Assembly (NCBI GenBank): GCA_018262835.1
Contig: JADFDP010000002.1
Span: forward strand, 34,873 to 98,872
DNA length: 64,000 bases
Direction: 5' to 3'
Source of the DNA: Candidatus Aminicenantes bacterium
GTDB lineage: Bacteria > Acidobacteriota > Aminicenantia > UBA2199
Positions within the stretch are counted from its first letter, which is position 1. Each line of letters starts with the position of its first letter. The notes under the pieces were generated by a model. It did not search any database, had not been told where the DNA came from, and saw only the letters and a list, made by a program, of their open reading frames with translations. Positions 20,373-30,007 of the stretch are shown here, in pieces. The position numbers and the translations under genes are program-made.

Positions 20373-20974
20373 TTGGATCCTTTTTTCTCCTTTTTGCGGT
20401 CGCTGATCACCGAATCAATGATCCCGTATTTCAGGGCTTCGTCCGTGGACATGATATAGTCCCTTTCGATGTCCTGGGCGACCTTCTCGGGCTTCTGGCC
20501 GGTGTGGAAAGAGAGAATCTCGATGGTCTTTGCCTTCACTTTGCGCATCTCTTCGGCCTGGATCAGGATGTCGGTGGCCTGGCCTTCGAAACCACCCAGG
20601 GGTTGGTGGATGACGACCTTGGCATTGGGCAGAGCCATGCGCTTGCCCTTGGTGCCGCCGGCGAGCAGGATGGCGGCCATGGAAGCGGCCTGGCCGATAC
20701 AGATGGTCACCACGTCGTTCTTGATGAAGCGCATGGTGTCGTAGATGGCCATGCCGGCGCTGATGATGCCGCCGGGCGAATTGATGTAAATGGATACATC
20801 TTTCTCGGCGTCTTCGGCTTCCAGGAACAGCAACTGGGCAATGGTGACATTGGCCACGTTGTCGTCGATCGGAGAGCCGAGGAAGATGACCGAGTCCTTC
20901 AGCAGCCGGGAATAGATGTCGTAGGCCCGTTCGACGTTCCCCGCTTGTTCGATGACCATGGGAATGAGTGGCAT
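20369..20974 (-). CDS. clpP: Clp protease proteolytic subunit
   Basis: [26 protein letters not shown]. Confidence 0.99.
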   Translation of the reverse strand: MPLIPMVIEQAGNVERAYDIYSRLLKDSVIFLGSPIDDNVANVTIAQLLFLEAEDAEKDVSIYINSPGGIISAGMAIYDTMRFIKNDVVTICIGQAASMAAILLAGGTKGKRMALPNAKVVIHQPLGGFEGQATDILIQAEEMRKVKAKTIEILSFHTGQKPEKVAQDIERDYIMSTDEALKYGIIDSVISDRKKEKKGSK

Positions 20975-20975
20975 G

Positions 20976-22313
20976 TTATACCTCTTTGATCTTGATTTTT
21001 TCCCTGATGAATTTGTTTATCTTGACATGGATCAGGTGGTCTTTCAACTCCGCCGCCTTTTTTTCTTCGCTGTAATATTTCCTGATATCCTTTTCCGGCA
21101 GCGAATGGTGCTGGGCCAGGTGGGCGTACTCCTTTTCCAGGTCGCGGTCGCTGACCTCGATCTGATGCTGCTCGCGCACCCGCTCCAGTATCAGCGACAA
21201 GCGGACTGACTTTTCCGCCTGGGCGAACATCATTTCCTTGAACTTGGCTTTTTCTTCCTCGTCCTTGAGATTCAGCGGGCGGCGGTTCTGGGAAAGCCGG
21301 CGTGCCACTTCCTGTTCCAGCAGTGAGCGGGGGACTGGAAATTGGCTTGCTTCCAGCAGTTTTTCATAGATACCGTCCATGATTTTTTCGTCTTTTTGGT
21401 GCTCCTGGTGGTGTTGGAATTCCTCTTTCAGCTTGAGTTTGAAATCCTCAATGTTTTTCATGCCCAGGGATTTGAGAAAAATTTCATCCAGTTCCGGTTT
21501 TTTCATTTCATGGATGGTTTTGATCTCCACCTGGTGCTCTATCTTCTTGCCCGCCCAGGCCTTTTTCGGCGCATCGGCCGGGTAGGACCTCAGGATGGTA
21601 AAATTTTCTTCGTTTTTTTTCCCCAGCAGTTCTTCGTACAGCCCGGCGATTTCCGCTATGTTTTCCTTGTTCATCATGAAATAGGTTTCCTGGCGCGGCC
21701 ATTTTCTCTTACCCGCCGTATCCGCGGACTGCACCATCAGCAGGACCAAGTCGTTTTCGGCAATGGCGCGGTCTTTGACCGGCAATGATCTTTTGTTGGC
21801 TTCCAGGATCTGATCGATTTGTTTGCTCTCGTCGAAGGCTCCCCCTTTCAAGTCGGCGGCCGGAATTTTAACTTGCAGGGTTTCCAATTCTGGGAGCTGG
21901 ATTTCCGGGAGTGTTTCGACTGCGATGTCGGCTTGAAAATCCTCTCCTTCCGGATGATCCATTTTTTCCACGTACGGCTCGCTGGCCACGGCGATCTTGT
22001 CCTTTTCGATCTGGGCAAAGGCCAGTTTGCTGATGGCCTGTTGAAGGACTTCTTCTTTTAGGGCCTGTTGGTATACTTTTTTAACCACATCCACGGGGAC
22101 TTTTCCCTGGCGGAAGCCTGGCATTTTTACTTTCTGGCTGTACTGCACGGCCAGAGCGTCGATCTCGCGGGCGATGTCATCCTTGTTCATTGAGATTTTA
22201 AAACGCCGGATCAGGACATTTTCTTCCTTGTCCTTGGCGGCAGGCTGCGAATCCCCCGTATTATCGGCTTCAGAAACGGGCTTTGTTTCGGCATCCGCTT
22301 TTTCGTGATTCAT
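20976..22313 (-). CDS. tig: Trigger factor
   Basis: PGFRQGKVP ribosome-binding motif; upstream of clpPX; AGGAG SD before ATG 22313. Confidence 0.93.
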   Translation of the reverse strand: MNHEKADAETKPVSEADNTGDSQPAAKDKEENVLIRRFKISMNKDDIAREIDALAVQYSQKVKMPGFRQGKVPVDVVKKVYQQALKEEVLQQAISKLAFAQIEKDKIAVASEPYVEKMDHPEGEDFQADIAVETLPEIQLPELETLQVKIPAADLKGGAFDESKQIDQILEANKRSLPVKDRAIAENDLVLLMVQSADTAGKRKWPRQETYFMMNKENIAEIAGLYEELLGKKNEENFTILRSYPADAPKKAWAGKKIEHQVEIKTIHEMKKPELDEIFLKSLGMKNIEDFKLKLKEEFQHHQEHQKDEKIMDGIYEKLLEASQFPVPRSLLEQEVARRLSQNRRPLNLKDEEEKAKFKEMMFAQAEKSVRLSLILERVREQHQIEVSDRDLEKEYAHLAQHHSLPEKDIRKYYSEEKKAAELKDHLIHVKINKFIREKIKIKEV

Positions 22314-22378
22314 GGTGGTGGCTCCTGAAGGTGAAAGTGTGAGGCTTAGGCAAACTTTAGCAAAAAAGCGGTCTTTTG

Positions 22379-23278
22379 TCAAATGCCCAGAAGGGCGATG
22401 TCCTGGCGGATCTGTTCCGCCAGGCCCTGGGATGAATTGAATTTTCTTTCCTCGCGGATCTTGTCGATGAAATGGAGGCGGATCTTTTTGCCGTAGACCA
22501 TTCGCTGGAAACCGGGAATATGGGTTTCGATCTTCAGGGGAACTTCTGCCGCGGCTTTGAACGTCGGAGCGAAGCCGATATTGGTGAGCGAAGCGAACTG
22601 CAGCCTTCCGATTTCGATCCGGGTATGAAAAACGCCGGTGGGGAGGATCTGGTTGTCGGTCGCGACGTTGATGGTCGGGAAACCGATTTTTTTGCCGCGC
22701 CCGGCCCCCTTTTCCACGATGCCGTCGATGGTGTAAGGTCTTTCCAGCATGCGGTTGGCCTCGCGGATGGCACCCGCAGCCAGTTTCTTTCTGATCAGGG
22801 AACTGGCCACGCGGCAGCCGTCGATTTCCATGGTTGCGGATTGAATGATCTTGAAATGCTCCGTTGCCGCTTCCCGGCGCAGGTGCGCCAGGTCGCCTTC
22901 GCGGCTGCGACCGAAACGGAAATCCTCGCCAAGGACCAGCCTCTTCATGTCCAGGGTGTCCAGAAGGATATCTCTGACAAAATCATGGGCCGGGAGAGCG
23001 GCCACGATGCCGAAATTAATAAAAAAAAGATAGTCTAGCGGCAGGCGGCTCAGGGTTTCACGGCGCTGCCGGTCGGTGCTGATCAGCTGGATGGGGTGAT
23101 TGAAATAAAGCCGGGGATGGGGATGAAAGGTGAGGATCACCGCCAGCAATTTTTCGTTCCGGGCGGTCTTTTGCAATGTTTCGACAATCCTTCTGTGGCC
23201 GGCGTGAAAGCCGTCGAAATTGCCGATGGCCACCGCGCTGGGCCCGGGGAGTTTTTCCAGGCGGCTGCGAAATTTCAT
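22379..23278 (-). CDS. ribF: Bifunctional riboflavin kinase/FAD synthetase
   Basis: GNFDGFHAGH, TFHPHP, DFRFG, GFPTIN, NIG, ETHI. Confidence 0.96.
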   Translation of the reverse strand: MKFRSRLEKLPGPSAVAIGNFDGFHAGHRRIVETLQKTARNEKLLAVILTFHPHPRLYFNHPIQLISTDRQRRETLSRLPLDYLFFINFGIVAALPAHDFVRDILLDTLDMKRLVLGEDFRFGRSREGDLAHLRREAATEHFKIIQSATMEIDGCRVASSLIRKKLAAGAIREANRMLERPYTIDGIVEKGAGRGKKIGFPTINVATDNQILPTGVFHTRIEIGRLQFASLTNIGFAPTFKAAAEVPLKIETHIPGFQRMVYGKKIRLHFIDKIREERKFNSSQGLAEQIRQDIALLGI

Positions 23279-23281
23279 TGT

Positions 23282-24262
23282 TTAGCGCGCGGGCAGAATC
23301 GACTGAAGGTTGAGGCGGTAAAACTGCGTTTTCAGCAGCATGTTTTTTTTGTGCAAAGGCCGCAGCGGCGTAAAAAATGTCAGCAGCAGCAAAAGGGCCA
23401 GCAAAACCAAGAACCATTGATTCAGGCGGCTGAGTTTTTGGGCATTTTCATGTTCCAGATCTTCGAAAACCTTTTTTTCCCGGATTTCCTGGATTTCGGT
23501 TTTTTCCTTCTTTTTCATCAACCCTTTGTTGGCGAGGTTGAAAAGGTTCTTGTAGATCTTGTACTCGGTGAACAAGCCCAGCTCGACCATGTCTTTGACC
23601 GTGTTTTTTCCGTTGATATGCTTGAGCAGGTTGACTTCGGTCTCGGTCAGATAAAGGGTGTTGCTGTCCTTGGATTGCAGGTCGTCGTCGTATTCGGAGA
23701 TGAGGGAGATCTTTTTGCTGCCGAGAAAAACAGGCTCGAATATGATATCTTCGGAAGGGATGACTTTTTTGATCAGCGGCCATTCATCGAGCATCTGCAC
23801 CCCTTCCATGATCAGGTTGTCCACGGCGATGGGGGCGAGCAGGCGCAGCTCCTTGTCGACATAATCCAGCACTTTGAAATTGTATTCGCCTTTTTTCCAG
23901 TTGAACAGTGACAATACAATCTGGGTGGCCTGGATCTTGAGCACTTCGGGAATAATCTTTTCGTCGATCAGCCCCATGCCGATGAGGATCTCTCCGACTT
24001 TCTGATTGGTCCGCTTCTGAATGGACAATGCTCTTTGCAGCATCTCTTCGCTGATGATCTCCTGCTTGACGAAGACGTTGCCGACGCGCATTTCCAGCTT
24101 CTTGGGAAAAGCATCGATGCCGATGATGAAGCCGTCTTCGAATATCAGGGTGATAAAGCCTTCCTGGCTGTTAAAGGTCAGAATGCCGGTTTTCTTTTGC
24201 AGGGAGATCAATTGCAGGATATCGGGGACTTTGAATTCTCTTAAGGTTCCTTTAAAAGCCAT
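23282..24262 (-). CDS. DUF4388 domain protein with C-terminal TM
   Basis: GTLREFKVPDILQLI...KTGIL, W..GEYNF, LDEW motifs. Confidence 0.85.
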   Translation of the reverse strand: MAFKGTLREFKVPDILQLISLQKKTGILTFNSQEGFITLIFEDGFIIGIDAFPKKLEMRVGNVFVKQEIISEEMLQRALSIQKRTNQKVGEILIGMGLIDEKIIPEVLKIQATQIVLSLFNWKKGEYNFKVLDYVDKELRLLAPIAVDNLIMEGVQMLDEWPLIKKVIPSEDIIFEPVFLGSKKISLISEYDDDLQSKDSNTLYLTETEVNLLKHINGKNTVKDMVELGLFTEYKIYKNLFNLANKGLMKKKEKTEIQEIREKKVFEDLEHENAQKLSRLNQWFLVLLALLLLLTFFTPLRPLHKKNMLLKTQFYRLNLQSILPAR

Positions 24263-26012
24263 GGTGATTCCCCTTCAGCGCAAAGGCATTGATGACCAGA
24301 TATAAAACAATTGCCAGGATACCGATGACATTCAGAAACATGGGAATAATGCCGAAAATGCTCTTGAAAGCCAGGGCCGTGAACAGGAAAAAACCGAAAA
24401 CATTGAAAAACAGCAGAAACAGGAAGGTGAATGTTTTGCCTTTGTCTTCGAAATTCAGGAAAAATCCGGGAATGAAAAGGGAAGCCAGCAGAACCAGGGA
24501 ATTCTTCAGGCGCAACTGCCTGCCGATCTCCTTTTCCTTGAGTATTTTGGCTTCCATGAAGATGGGGTCCTTGATCAAGAACAATTGATAGCAGCCGTCG
24601 CAGAGGGCGTGCGCCTGTTCGATGGACATTTTTTTAATGATCCTGCCGCACTTGCTGCAAAACGTGCTTTGCCCCAGGGTCGGGAAAAATTTTTTCAATA
24701 GCGCGACGTAGACCATCATGATCAGGATGGCCAGCAGCACTGGAAATTTTATGAATTCGATGACAACGAGTTCCAAAAAATTCCAGACATGAAAATTCTG
24801 CCAGGAAAATTTCAGCAGTCTGTTCCACAATATTTTTTCCGGGAGCTTGGTTTTCTGCAGGACGGTGACTTTGTCTTTGATGGCCTGGATCTGCGGATAG
24901 TTTTTGCTGTAAAAGAGGAATCGCTCCGGGTCATTGTTTTTCAGCAGGGCCATAGTGAAATTTTTCAAGGTACCCTGGTTCTGGTTGTCCAGGCTCAATG
25001 ATTGGCGGTAATATTGGATGCTCTGGAGTATGTCCCCTTTTTCATAATAAATATTGCCGAGCAGGTTGAACTTGAGCGTGGAATTGTAGTGGCTGCCCGT
25101 GGCCTGCAGGATGTCCAGGGCCTCATCCGTCTGATTCCGGTTGTAATAAGCATAGGCCTGCATGATCTTCATCTCGTTATCGAAACGGCTGTAGGTGCTT
25201 TCCGGAAAAAGCTCCCCGGCATATATCTTTTGAATGGTTTGAAAACCAGGGTTCTGCAAACTCTTTTCCAGGTATTGTCCGAGGCTGTGCAGGAAGGCCA
25301 AGACCAGGAGGATGCCCAGGATGCGCTGGATATTGCCCCGGTCGTCATGGCTGAAATAAAACCAGAGGAATCCGCAGAAAAGAAATGGAAAGAATCCCCA
25401 GCCGCCCGTCAGCGCCAGTGGCCAGAGCAAAAGCAGCAGCAGGAGGAAAAGCTTGCTGATCTTGAAACGGGAATGGCCGCTGATAATGAAGTCATGGGCG
25501 ACCAGCTTGAAGTACTTGATGAACATGACGGCTGTGACCAGGTAAAACAGGAGCAGGCCCGAAAAAAACAGGACGTTGAAGAAGCTGTTCAACAGGATGA
25601 ATGAGCTGTTGAAATCGTGCGTCAACAGACCGAACTGCCGTCCGATGTGGTTCAGGTTCCACAGGAGATTTCCCCGGCGCCGGGAGATCTTTTCCAGCTT
25701 GTTGTACATGGGCCAAGCGTCTTGGGGGGAAATGCTCAGGGTTTTCCGGTAAAACATTTCGGCCAGAGGAAAATCGCCTTTTTGATAATAACGGTCGCCC
25801 AACTCTGCCAATTTTTTCATTAATTCGATTTTTTCTGCAGGCGGCAGGGCCTGGGCGTCCAGATTGTCCAGGTTTTTTTTGACTTCGGCCAGGTTGCCGC
25901 TGGAGTCATAGAAATAGATTTTTTTCAGATCGCCCCAGGGGCTGGTCACCGCCGGGGACAAGGATGCCAGCAGAACCAGGCCGATCATGGTCACGAGTAC
26001 TTTTTTAGCCAT
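24252..26012 (-). CDS. TPR-containing polytopic membrane protein with Cys cluster
   Basis: Signal peptide, TPR motifs, multiple TMs, CSKCG...CDGC. Confidence 0.75.
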   Translation of the reverse strand: MAKKVLVTMIGLVLLASLSPAVTSPWGDLKKIYFYDSSGNLAEVKKNLDNLDAQALPPAEKIELMKKLAELGDRYYQKGDFPLAEMFYRKTLSISPQDAWPMYNKLEKISRRRGNLLWNLNHIGRQFGLLTHDFNSSFILLNSFFNVLFFSGLLLFYLVTAVMFIKYFKLVAHDFIISGHSRFKISKLFLLLLLLLWPLALTGGWGFFPFLFCGFLWFYFSHDDRGNIQRILGILLVLAFLHSLGQYLEKSLQNPGFQTIQKIYAGELFPESTYSRFDNEMKIMQAYAYYNRNQTDEALDILQATGSHYNSTLKFNLLGNIYYEKGDILQSIQYYRQSLSLDNQNQGTLKNFTMALLKNNDPERFLFYSKNYPQIQAIKDKVTVLQKTKLPEKILWNRLLKFSWQNFHVWNFLELVVIEFIKFPVLLAILIMMVYVALLKKFFPTLGQSTFCSKCGRIIKKMSIEQAHALCDGCYQLFLIKDPIFMEAKILKEKEIGRQLRLKNSLVLLASLFIPGFFLNFEDKGKTFTFLFLLFFNVFGFFLFTALAFKSIFGIIPMFLNVIGILAIVLYLVINAFALKGNHHGF

Positions 26013-26283
26013 TTTCCGCTCGCGTTTTTTTTAAAAGAATTTTTTGCATGTTTTCCAGGACATCGCTCAAAAAAGCAGCCTCGGCGGGGAGCAGGTTGCC
26101 GCTGGTTTTGCGCTGCAGTTCGGAAAGCAGATCGATGAAGAATCCGGCCCCGCTTTCATCGAGAATGGCTTGTCCATTCAAGGGATCGGGGATTTCACCC
26201 AGCCGGATCATGCCCTGGGCGGCCAGAAGAACAACAATGGCGCGGATGTCCCTTTTTTCCGGATACGTCTTACCTTTTCCCAT
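26005..26283 (-). CDS. DUF1844 family protein
   Basis: LGEIPDP, IDLL..L..KTSGNL motifs. Confidence 0.8.
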   Translation of the reverse strand: MGKGKTYPEKRDIRAIVVLLAAQGMIRLGEIPDPLNGQAILDESGAGFFIDLLSELQRKTSGNLLPAEAAFLSDVLENMQKILLKKTRAENG

Positions 26284-26290
26284 CCCAGTA

Positions 26291-26319
26291 ACTATACCAC
26301 AAGCATGGCGGTTCTTCAA
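26291..26319 (-). promoter_or_regulatory. Sigma70 promoter (leaderless transcript)
   Basis: TTGAAG-N17-TATAGT with extended TG; 7 nt to ATG 26283. Confidence 0.7.
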
Positions 26320-26432
26320 ACGTCAACATGCGGCCGGCAGAAAAATATTTGCCTGCCGGTTCCCGACGCTTGCACTTGGGGTGGATTCCAGCTATGATGT
26401 CATGCGCCTGGCCGTTTGCGGGCAAAAACAGT

Positions 26433-27197
26433 ATGAAAGAATTCAGCCGGCTGGTCAGGATCATGAAAAAGCTTCGCCACCCCCGGCGGGGTTGTCCCTG
26501 GGATTTAAAACAGACACCGGCGTCCCTGAAGGAATACATTCTGGAAGAAACCCACGAATTGATCGAAGCCATCGATGGCGGCGATGCGGAAGCCGTCAGG
26601 GAAGAGCTGGGCGACCTGCTGTTGCAGATCGTTTTTCTGGCCCGACTGGCCGAGGAAGACAAAAAATTCTCCATCCGTGAAGTCATCGCAGGCATATCGG
26701 AAAAACTGGTCCGCCGCCATCCCCACATCTTCGGCTCGGTGCAGGTCAACGGGGCCGATGAGGTCAAGGTCAACTGGGAAAAAATCAAAATCGCCGAAAA
26801 GAATAAACAGAGCGTCATTTCCGACTATCCCGCTTCCATGCCTTCATTGCTCCTGGCCAACCGAATCGCTTCCCAGGCCTCAGGCGTCGGCTTCGACTGG
26901 AATGATGCCGGCAGGGCATTTGCCAAGGTTGCCGAGGAAATTGAGGAATTGCGGGTGGAAATCAATGAAAACCGTCTGCATGAAGCTGAAAATGAGATCG
27001 GCGACCTGCTTTTTGCCGTGGCCAATGTGGCCCGGCTGCTGAAGATCAATCCCGAATTCGCCCTGGCGCGCACCAATAAGAAATTCACCCGCCGCTTTCG
27101 CCATATTGAGGCGGAATTGAAAAAACAAGGCAAAGACATCAGCACGGCAGCTTTGGAGGAAATGGAAGCGCTGTGGCAGTGGGCCAAAGAAGAATAA
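26433..27197 (+). CDS. mazG: Nucleoside triphosphate pyrophosphohydrolase MazG
   Basis: GCPWD, EELGDLLLQ, RRHPHIF, GFDW, EIGDLLF; TTGCAC-N17-TATGAT upstream (26370-26398). Confidence 0.96.
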   Translation: MKEFSRLVRIMKKLRHPRRGCPWDLKQTPASLKEYILEETHELIEAIDGGDAEAVREELGDLLLQIVFLARLAEEDKKFSIREVIAGISEKLVRRHPHIFGSVQVNGADEVKVNWEKIKIAEKNKQSVISDYPASMPSLLLANRIASQASGVGFDWNDAGRAFAKVAEEIEELRVEINENRLHEAENEIGDLLFAVANVARLLKINPEFALARTNKKFTRRFRHIEAELKKQGKDISTAALEEMEALWQWAKEE

Positions 27198-27270
27198 GCA
27201 CCAAAATCCAAGCACCAAATCCCAAACAAGCTCCAAATACCAATGACCCAATGAGTAAAACGAAGAAAGA
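27196..27270. repeat. Single-arm copy of the inner heptamer element at 14759-14920
   Basis: gcaccaaatcccaaacaagctccaaataccaatgacccaatga...aaacgaagaaa closely matches the reverse complement of 14846-14915. Confidence 0.8.
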
Positions 27271-27310
27271 GAATTCGTTGATGGGTCAATCGCCATGACA
27301 ACGAACACTC

Positions 27311-27410
27311 AACTCATCCCCAATCCCCTTCTCTTTCCGAAGAGAAGGGGCTGAAAGAAGCAAGGGCAAGGCCCCCTCTATTCACAAGAGAGGGGGTCAG
27401 GGGGTGAGTT
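27311..27410. repeat. REP-like double-hairpin element
   Basis: Terminal IR aactcatcccc/ggggtgagtt enclosing hairpins ccccttctctt-tccg-aagagaagggg and ccccctct...agaggggg. Confidence 0.75.
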
Positions 27411-27431
27411 TGCTGGAGCCGTTTTTGAGGT

Positions 27432-27926
27432 CTATTGCTCGATCTCGCCGAAATCGTCCGATGACAGGGAATTGAACCAGCTGTCGATCTTTTCCTCGCT
27501 GCTGAGGAAATTGCTGAAAACGTCGGCCATGACCGATGTTTCCAAAACCTGTTTGGAAACGTAAATCTTGGATCCGTTTTTCAGGGCCAAGGCCACCGCG
27601 TCCGAAGGCCGGCAGTCGATGATCCTTTGCTCGCCGTCTTTTTCGATGACCAGCTCGGCATAATAGGTGTTTTCAACGATGTCGGTGATGATCACCTTGG
27701 CCAGTACGGCTTCCAGGTTGGCCATGATACTTTTCATCAGGTCGTGGGTCATGGGCCGGGGTGAGGAGACGTTTTCCAGTTCCAGGGCGATGGCATTGGC
27801 TTCGTTCAGGCCGATCCAAATGGGGATGATTTTTTTTTCGTTCAGGGCTTTAAGCACCATGACCGGGGATTTGGATACCTGGTCAATGATCAGGCCGACG
27901 ATATTCACTTCGATGAATTTTTCCAT
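27432..27926 (-). CDS. Bifunctional nuclease family protein (DUF151)
   Basis: PIWIG..EA, RPMTHDL, IDCRPSDAVALAL. Confidence 0.92.
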   Translation of the reverse strand: MEKFIEVNIVGLIIDQVSKSPVMVLKALNEKKIIPIWIGLNEANAIALELENVSSPRPMTHDLMKSIMANLEAVLAKVIITDIVENTYYAELVIEKDGEQRIIDCRPSDAVALALKNGSKIYVSKQVLETSVMADVFSNFLSSEEKIDSWFNSLSSDDFGEIEQ

Positions 27927-28044
27927 TTTCGCAACTTATATAATATCAAAACCCGGTTTTGTCAATTAAAGAAAAGGGAATTACGAACTATCGTGATGAG
28001 TAATGAGCTACCAGTGACGAGGAAGAGCTGAGTCCGATGCTCAT

Positions 28045-28225
28045 GGACTCGGCGTACGGCTTAGGGCGCACGGCTGACGGTAAACAGTGCTTCCAGGTGC
28101 AACGACCATGGAAAATAATGGAATAGTTTAAACGATCGATTTTTTCAGGTTTAAATACGTTCCCTGTGCAGTTATCCGTACGCCGTCTACCGTCTACCGT
28201 CTACCGTCTACCTTGCACCGAGTCC
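28045..28225. repeat. Heptamer-based palindromic element
   Basis: Terminal IR ggactcgg/ccgagtcc; (CCGTCTA)x4 at 28183-28210. Confidence 0.78.
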
Positions 28226-28233
28226 GGCTAGTT

Positions 28234-28983
28234 CTAGTGCACGTAGCTGGCGGCGTTGATGTCGATGGTGCAGCCGGTGGCGTGGTCGGCCAGGCCGCTG
28301 GCCAGGAAGGCGACCATGGGGGCGATGTCTCCCGGTTCGGTCAGCCGGTTCAGGGCGATGTCCTTGAGCACCAGTTCCTCGCCGTGGAGGTCGATGAACT
28401 GCTGGGCCATCTTGGTGCGCGTGAAGCCTGGAGCGATGATGAAGGCCTGGATGTTGTCCTTGCCGAAAGCCCGGGCCAGGGAGCGGGTCAGGGAGACCAT
28501 GCCGCCCTTGGAAGCGGCGTAGGCCAGGTAGGCGGCAACGTCGCCGCGGAAAGCGGCGCGTGAGGCGATGTTGATAATGCGGCCGCCGCCGCGGTCCTGG
28601 AAGTGGCGCACCGCCTCTCGGCAGAGGATGCCGCAAGCGGTCAGGTTGACGGCCAGGATGCCCTGCCAGTCGGCCAGCCAGCGGTCATCGTCGAGATCGA
28701 GCGGTGAATCGACGGCGAAGCCGGCGTTGTTGACAAGGATATCCACGCGGCCGAATGCTTCCGTGACCTGGCGGAACAATTGCCGGGTCTGGGTCGGTGA
28801 GGCCAGGTCGGCCTGGAAGGCCTGCGCCAGCCCGGGGTAGTCCCGGACATCGACAATATGGGTGGAATAATGGACTGCTACCCGGGCGCCGGCCTGGGCC
28901 AATTGTCTGGCAATGGCCTGGCCAATGCCCTGGCTGGCCCCGGTGACCAGGGCATTTTTGCCCTGCAGGTCGATTTTGAACAT
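28234..28983 (-). CDS. Classical SDR family oxidoreductase
   Basis: TGASQGIG, NNAG, YAASK. Confidence 0.93.
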   Translation of the reverse strand: MFKIDLQGKNALVTGASQGIGQAIARQLAQAGARVAVHYSTHIVDVRDYPGLAQAFQADLASPTQTRQLFRQVTEAFGRVDILVNNAGFAVDSPLDLDDDRWLADWQGILAVNLTACGILCREAVRHFQDRGGGRIINIASRAAFRGDVAAYLAYAASKGGMVSLTRSLARAFGKDNIQAFIIAPGFTRTKMAQQFIDLHGEELVLKDIALNRLTEPGDIAPMVAFLASGLADHATGCTIDINAASYVH

Positions 28984-29034
28984 GGTGCCTCCAGTGAATG
29001 CAAATCGATTTTTTTTCGGCCGCGCCGCAACGGC

Positions 29035-29499
29035 CTATGATCTTTTGACGATCACCGTTGCCCGGTCGTCGCCGCTGACCTTGAGTTCGGCAAAGCGCAC
29101 GCTGAAGTAGCCTTCCACCTTGAAAGGCAGGGAATAGGCCTTTTCCCTGTGCAGGATATAAAAATCGCTGCCGTTCCCCCGGGAAAGCCGCCGGCAGCCT
29201 CTGGTGTTGGCCGCGACCGGCAGTTCGATCTCTTCGACCACGGACGTCATGTCCGGCCGGCGATCCAGGTATTTTTTGAGCGCCTCGGTTTCTTCCCGGC
29301 TGAACTGCTCATTCAGGTATTCTTCAGGGAAAACGCGTTCTTTCTCGTCCAATTGAGCGTAATCCTGGATGGCGGTTTCAAAAGGCGCGAGCGGGTTTTT
29401 GCGCTCCACGGCGAACCAAATGATCTTCACTTCCTCGTATTGCCTGCCGTCGTACAGAAAATTACGGGCCAGGGAATGGACGCTGTAGAGTTCGGTCAT
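29035..29499 (-). CDS. Hypothetical protein
   Basis: GGAGG SD before ATG 29499; coding-like composition; no family recognised. Confidence 0.7.
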   Translation of the reverse strand: MTELYSVHSLARNFLYDGRQYEEVKIIWFAVERKNPLAPFETAIQDYAQLDEKERVFPEEYLNEQFSREETEALKKYLDRRPDMTSVVEEIELPVAANTRGCRRLSRGNGSDFYILHREKAYSLPFKVEGYFSVRFAELKVSGDDRATVIVKRS

Positions 29500-29525
29500 G
29501 TTGCCCTCCAAAAATTCATTAAGGA

Positions 29526-29634
29526 AGTCGGTGTCCGGTCGACGGTGTTCGGTTCACGGCAACCGCAAATCGACTGAGTAGATCGGGCAGCGGCTACTGC
29601 CGTCGACTGCCCGCCGTCCGCCTTACACCAGGCT
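29526..29634. repeat. Degenerate copy of the heptamer palindromic element
   Basis: ggtgtccggtcgacggtgttcggttcacggca / tgccgtcgactgcccgccgtccgccttacacc. Confidence 0.65.
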
Positions 29635-29694
29635 CTTGCGATCGGCTGCATCCGTTGCCCCTCCTGATTGGCCTGAGAGGCCCTTTCTCCTGTC

Positions 29695-29723
29695 ATTATA
29701 TCTTTTGCAGAAAATGATTTCAA
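29695..29723 (-). promoter_or_regulatory. Sigma70 promoter
   Basis: TTGAAA-N17-TATAAT. Confidence 0.75.
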
Positions 29724-30007
29724 CTGTCGCCTGCGATCCGGTGAAGGAAGCCTGCCTACAAGTCGCGCCTGAGGGAGCGCACGATTTCTTCGCACTCCTC
29801 GCCGCTTTCAGGCGGGGCTGCGATCTTCTTTATCTTCCCTCCCCGCAGACCGCCTAAGCGGCCCGCTTCCAGGCATATAGATTGTAAGGGAACGGGAAGC
29901 GGGAGTCAGTTCGCCTTTTGCTTGACTTTTCTTGGCCATCCCCTGGAGTCGGCGAGGAGTGGAAAAAAAGAATGCCGTCACCTCGCAGCAGCGGATCGCC
30001 CCCGGGT

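Noticed and set aside
22314..22380. tRNA or CIRCE element upstream of tig
   Set aside because: Gap too short for a tRNA; ttagca has no matching CIRCE half-site
29730..29760. tccggtgaaggaagc resembling the SRP RNA domain IV motif
   Set aside because: Lacks the CAGG...GGAA...AGCAG pairing and flanking helix
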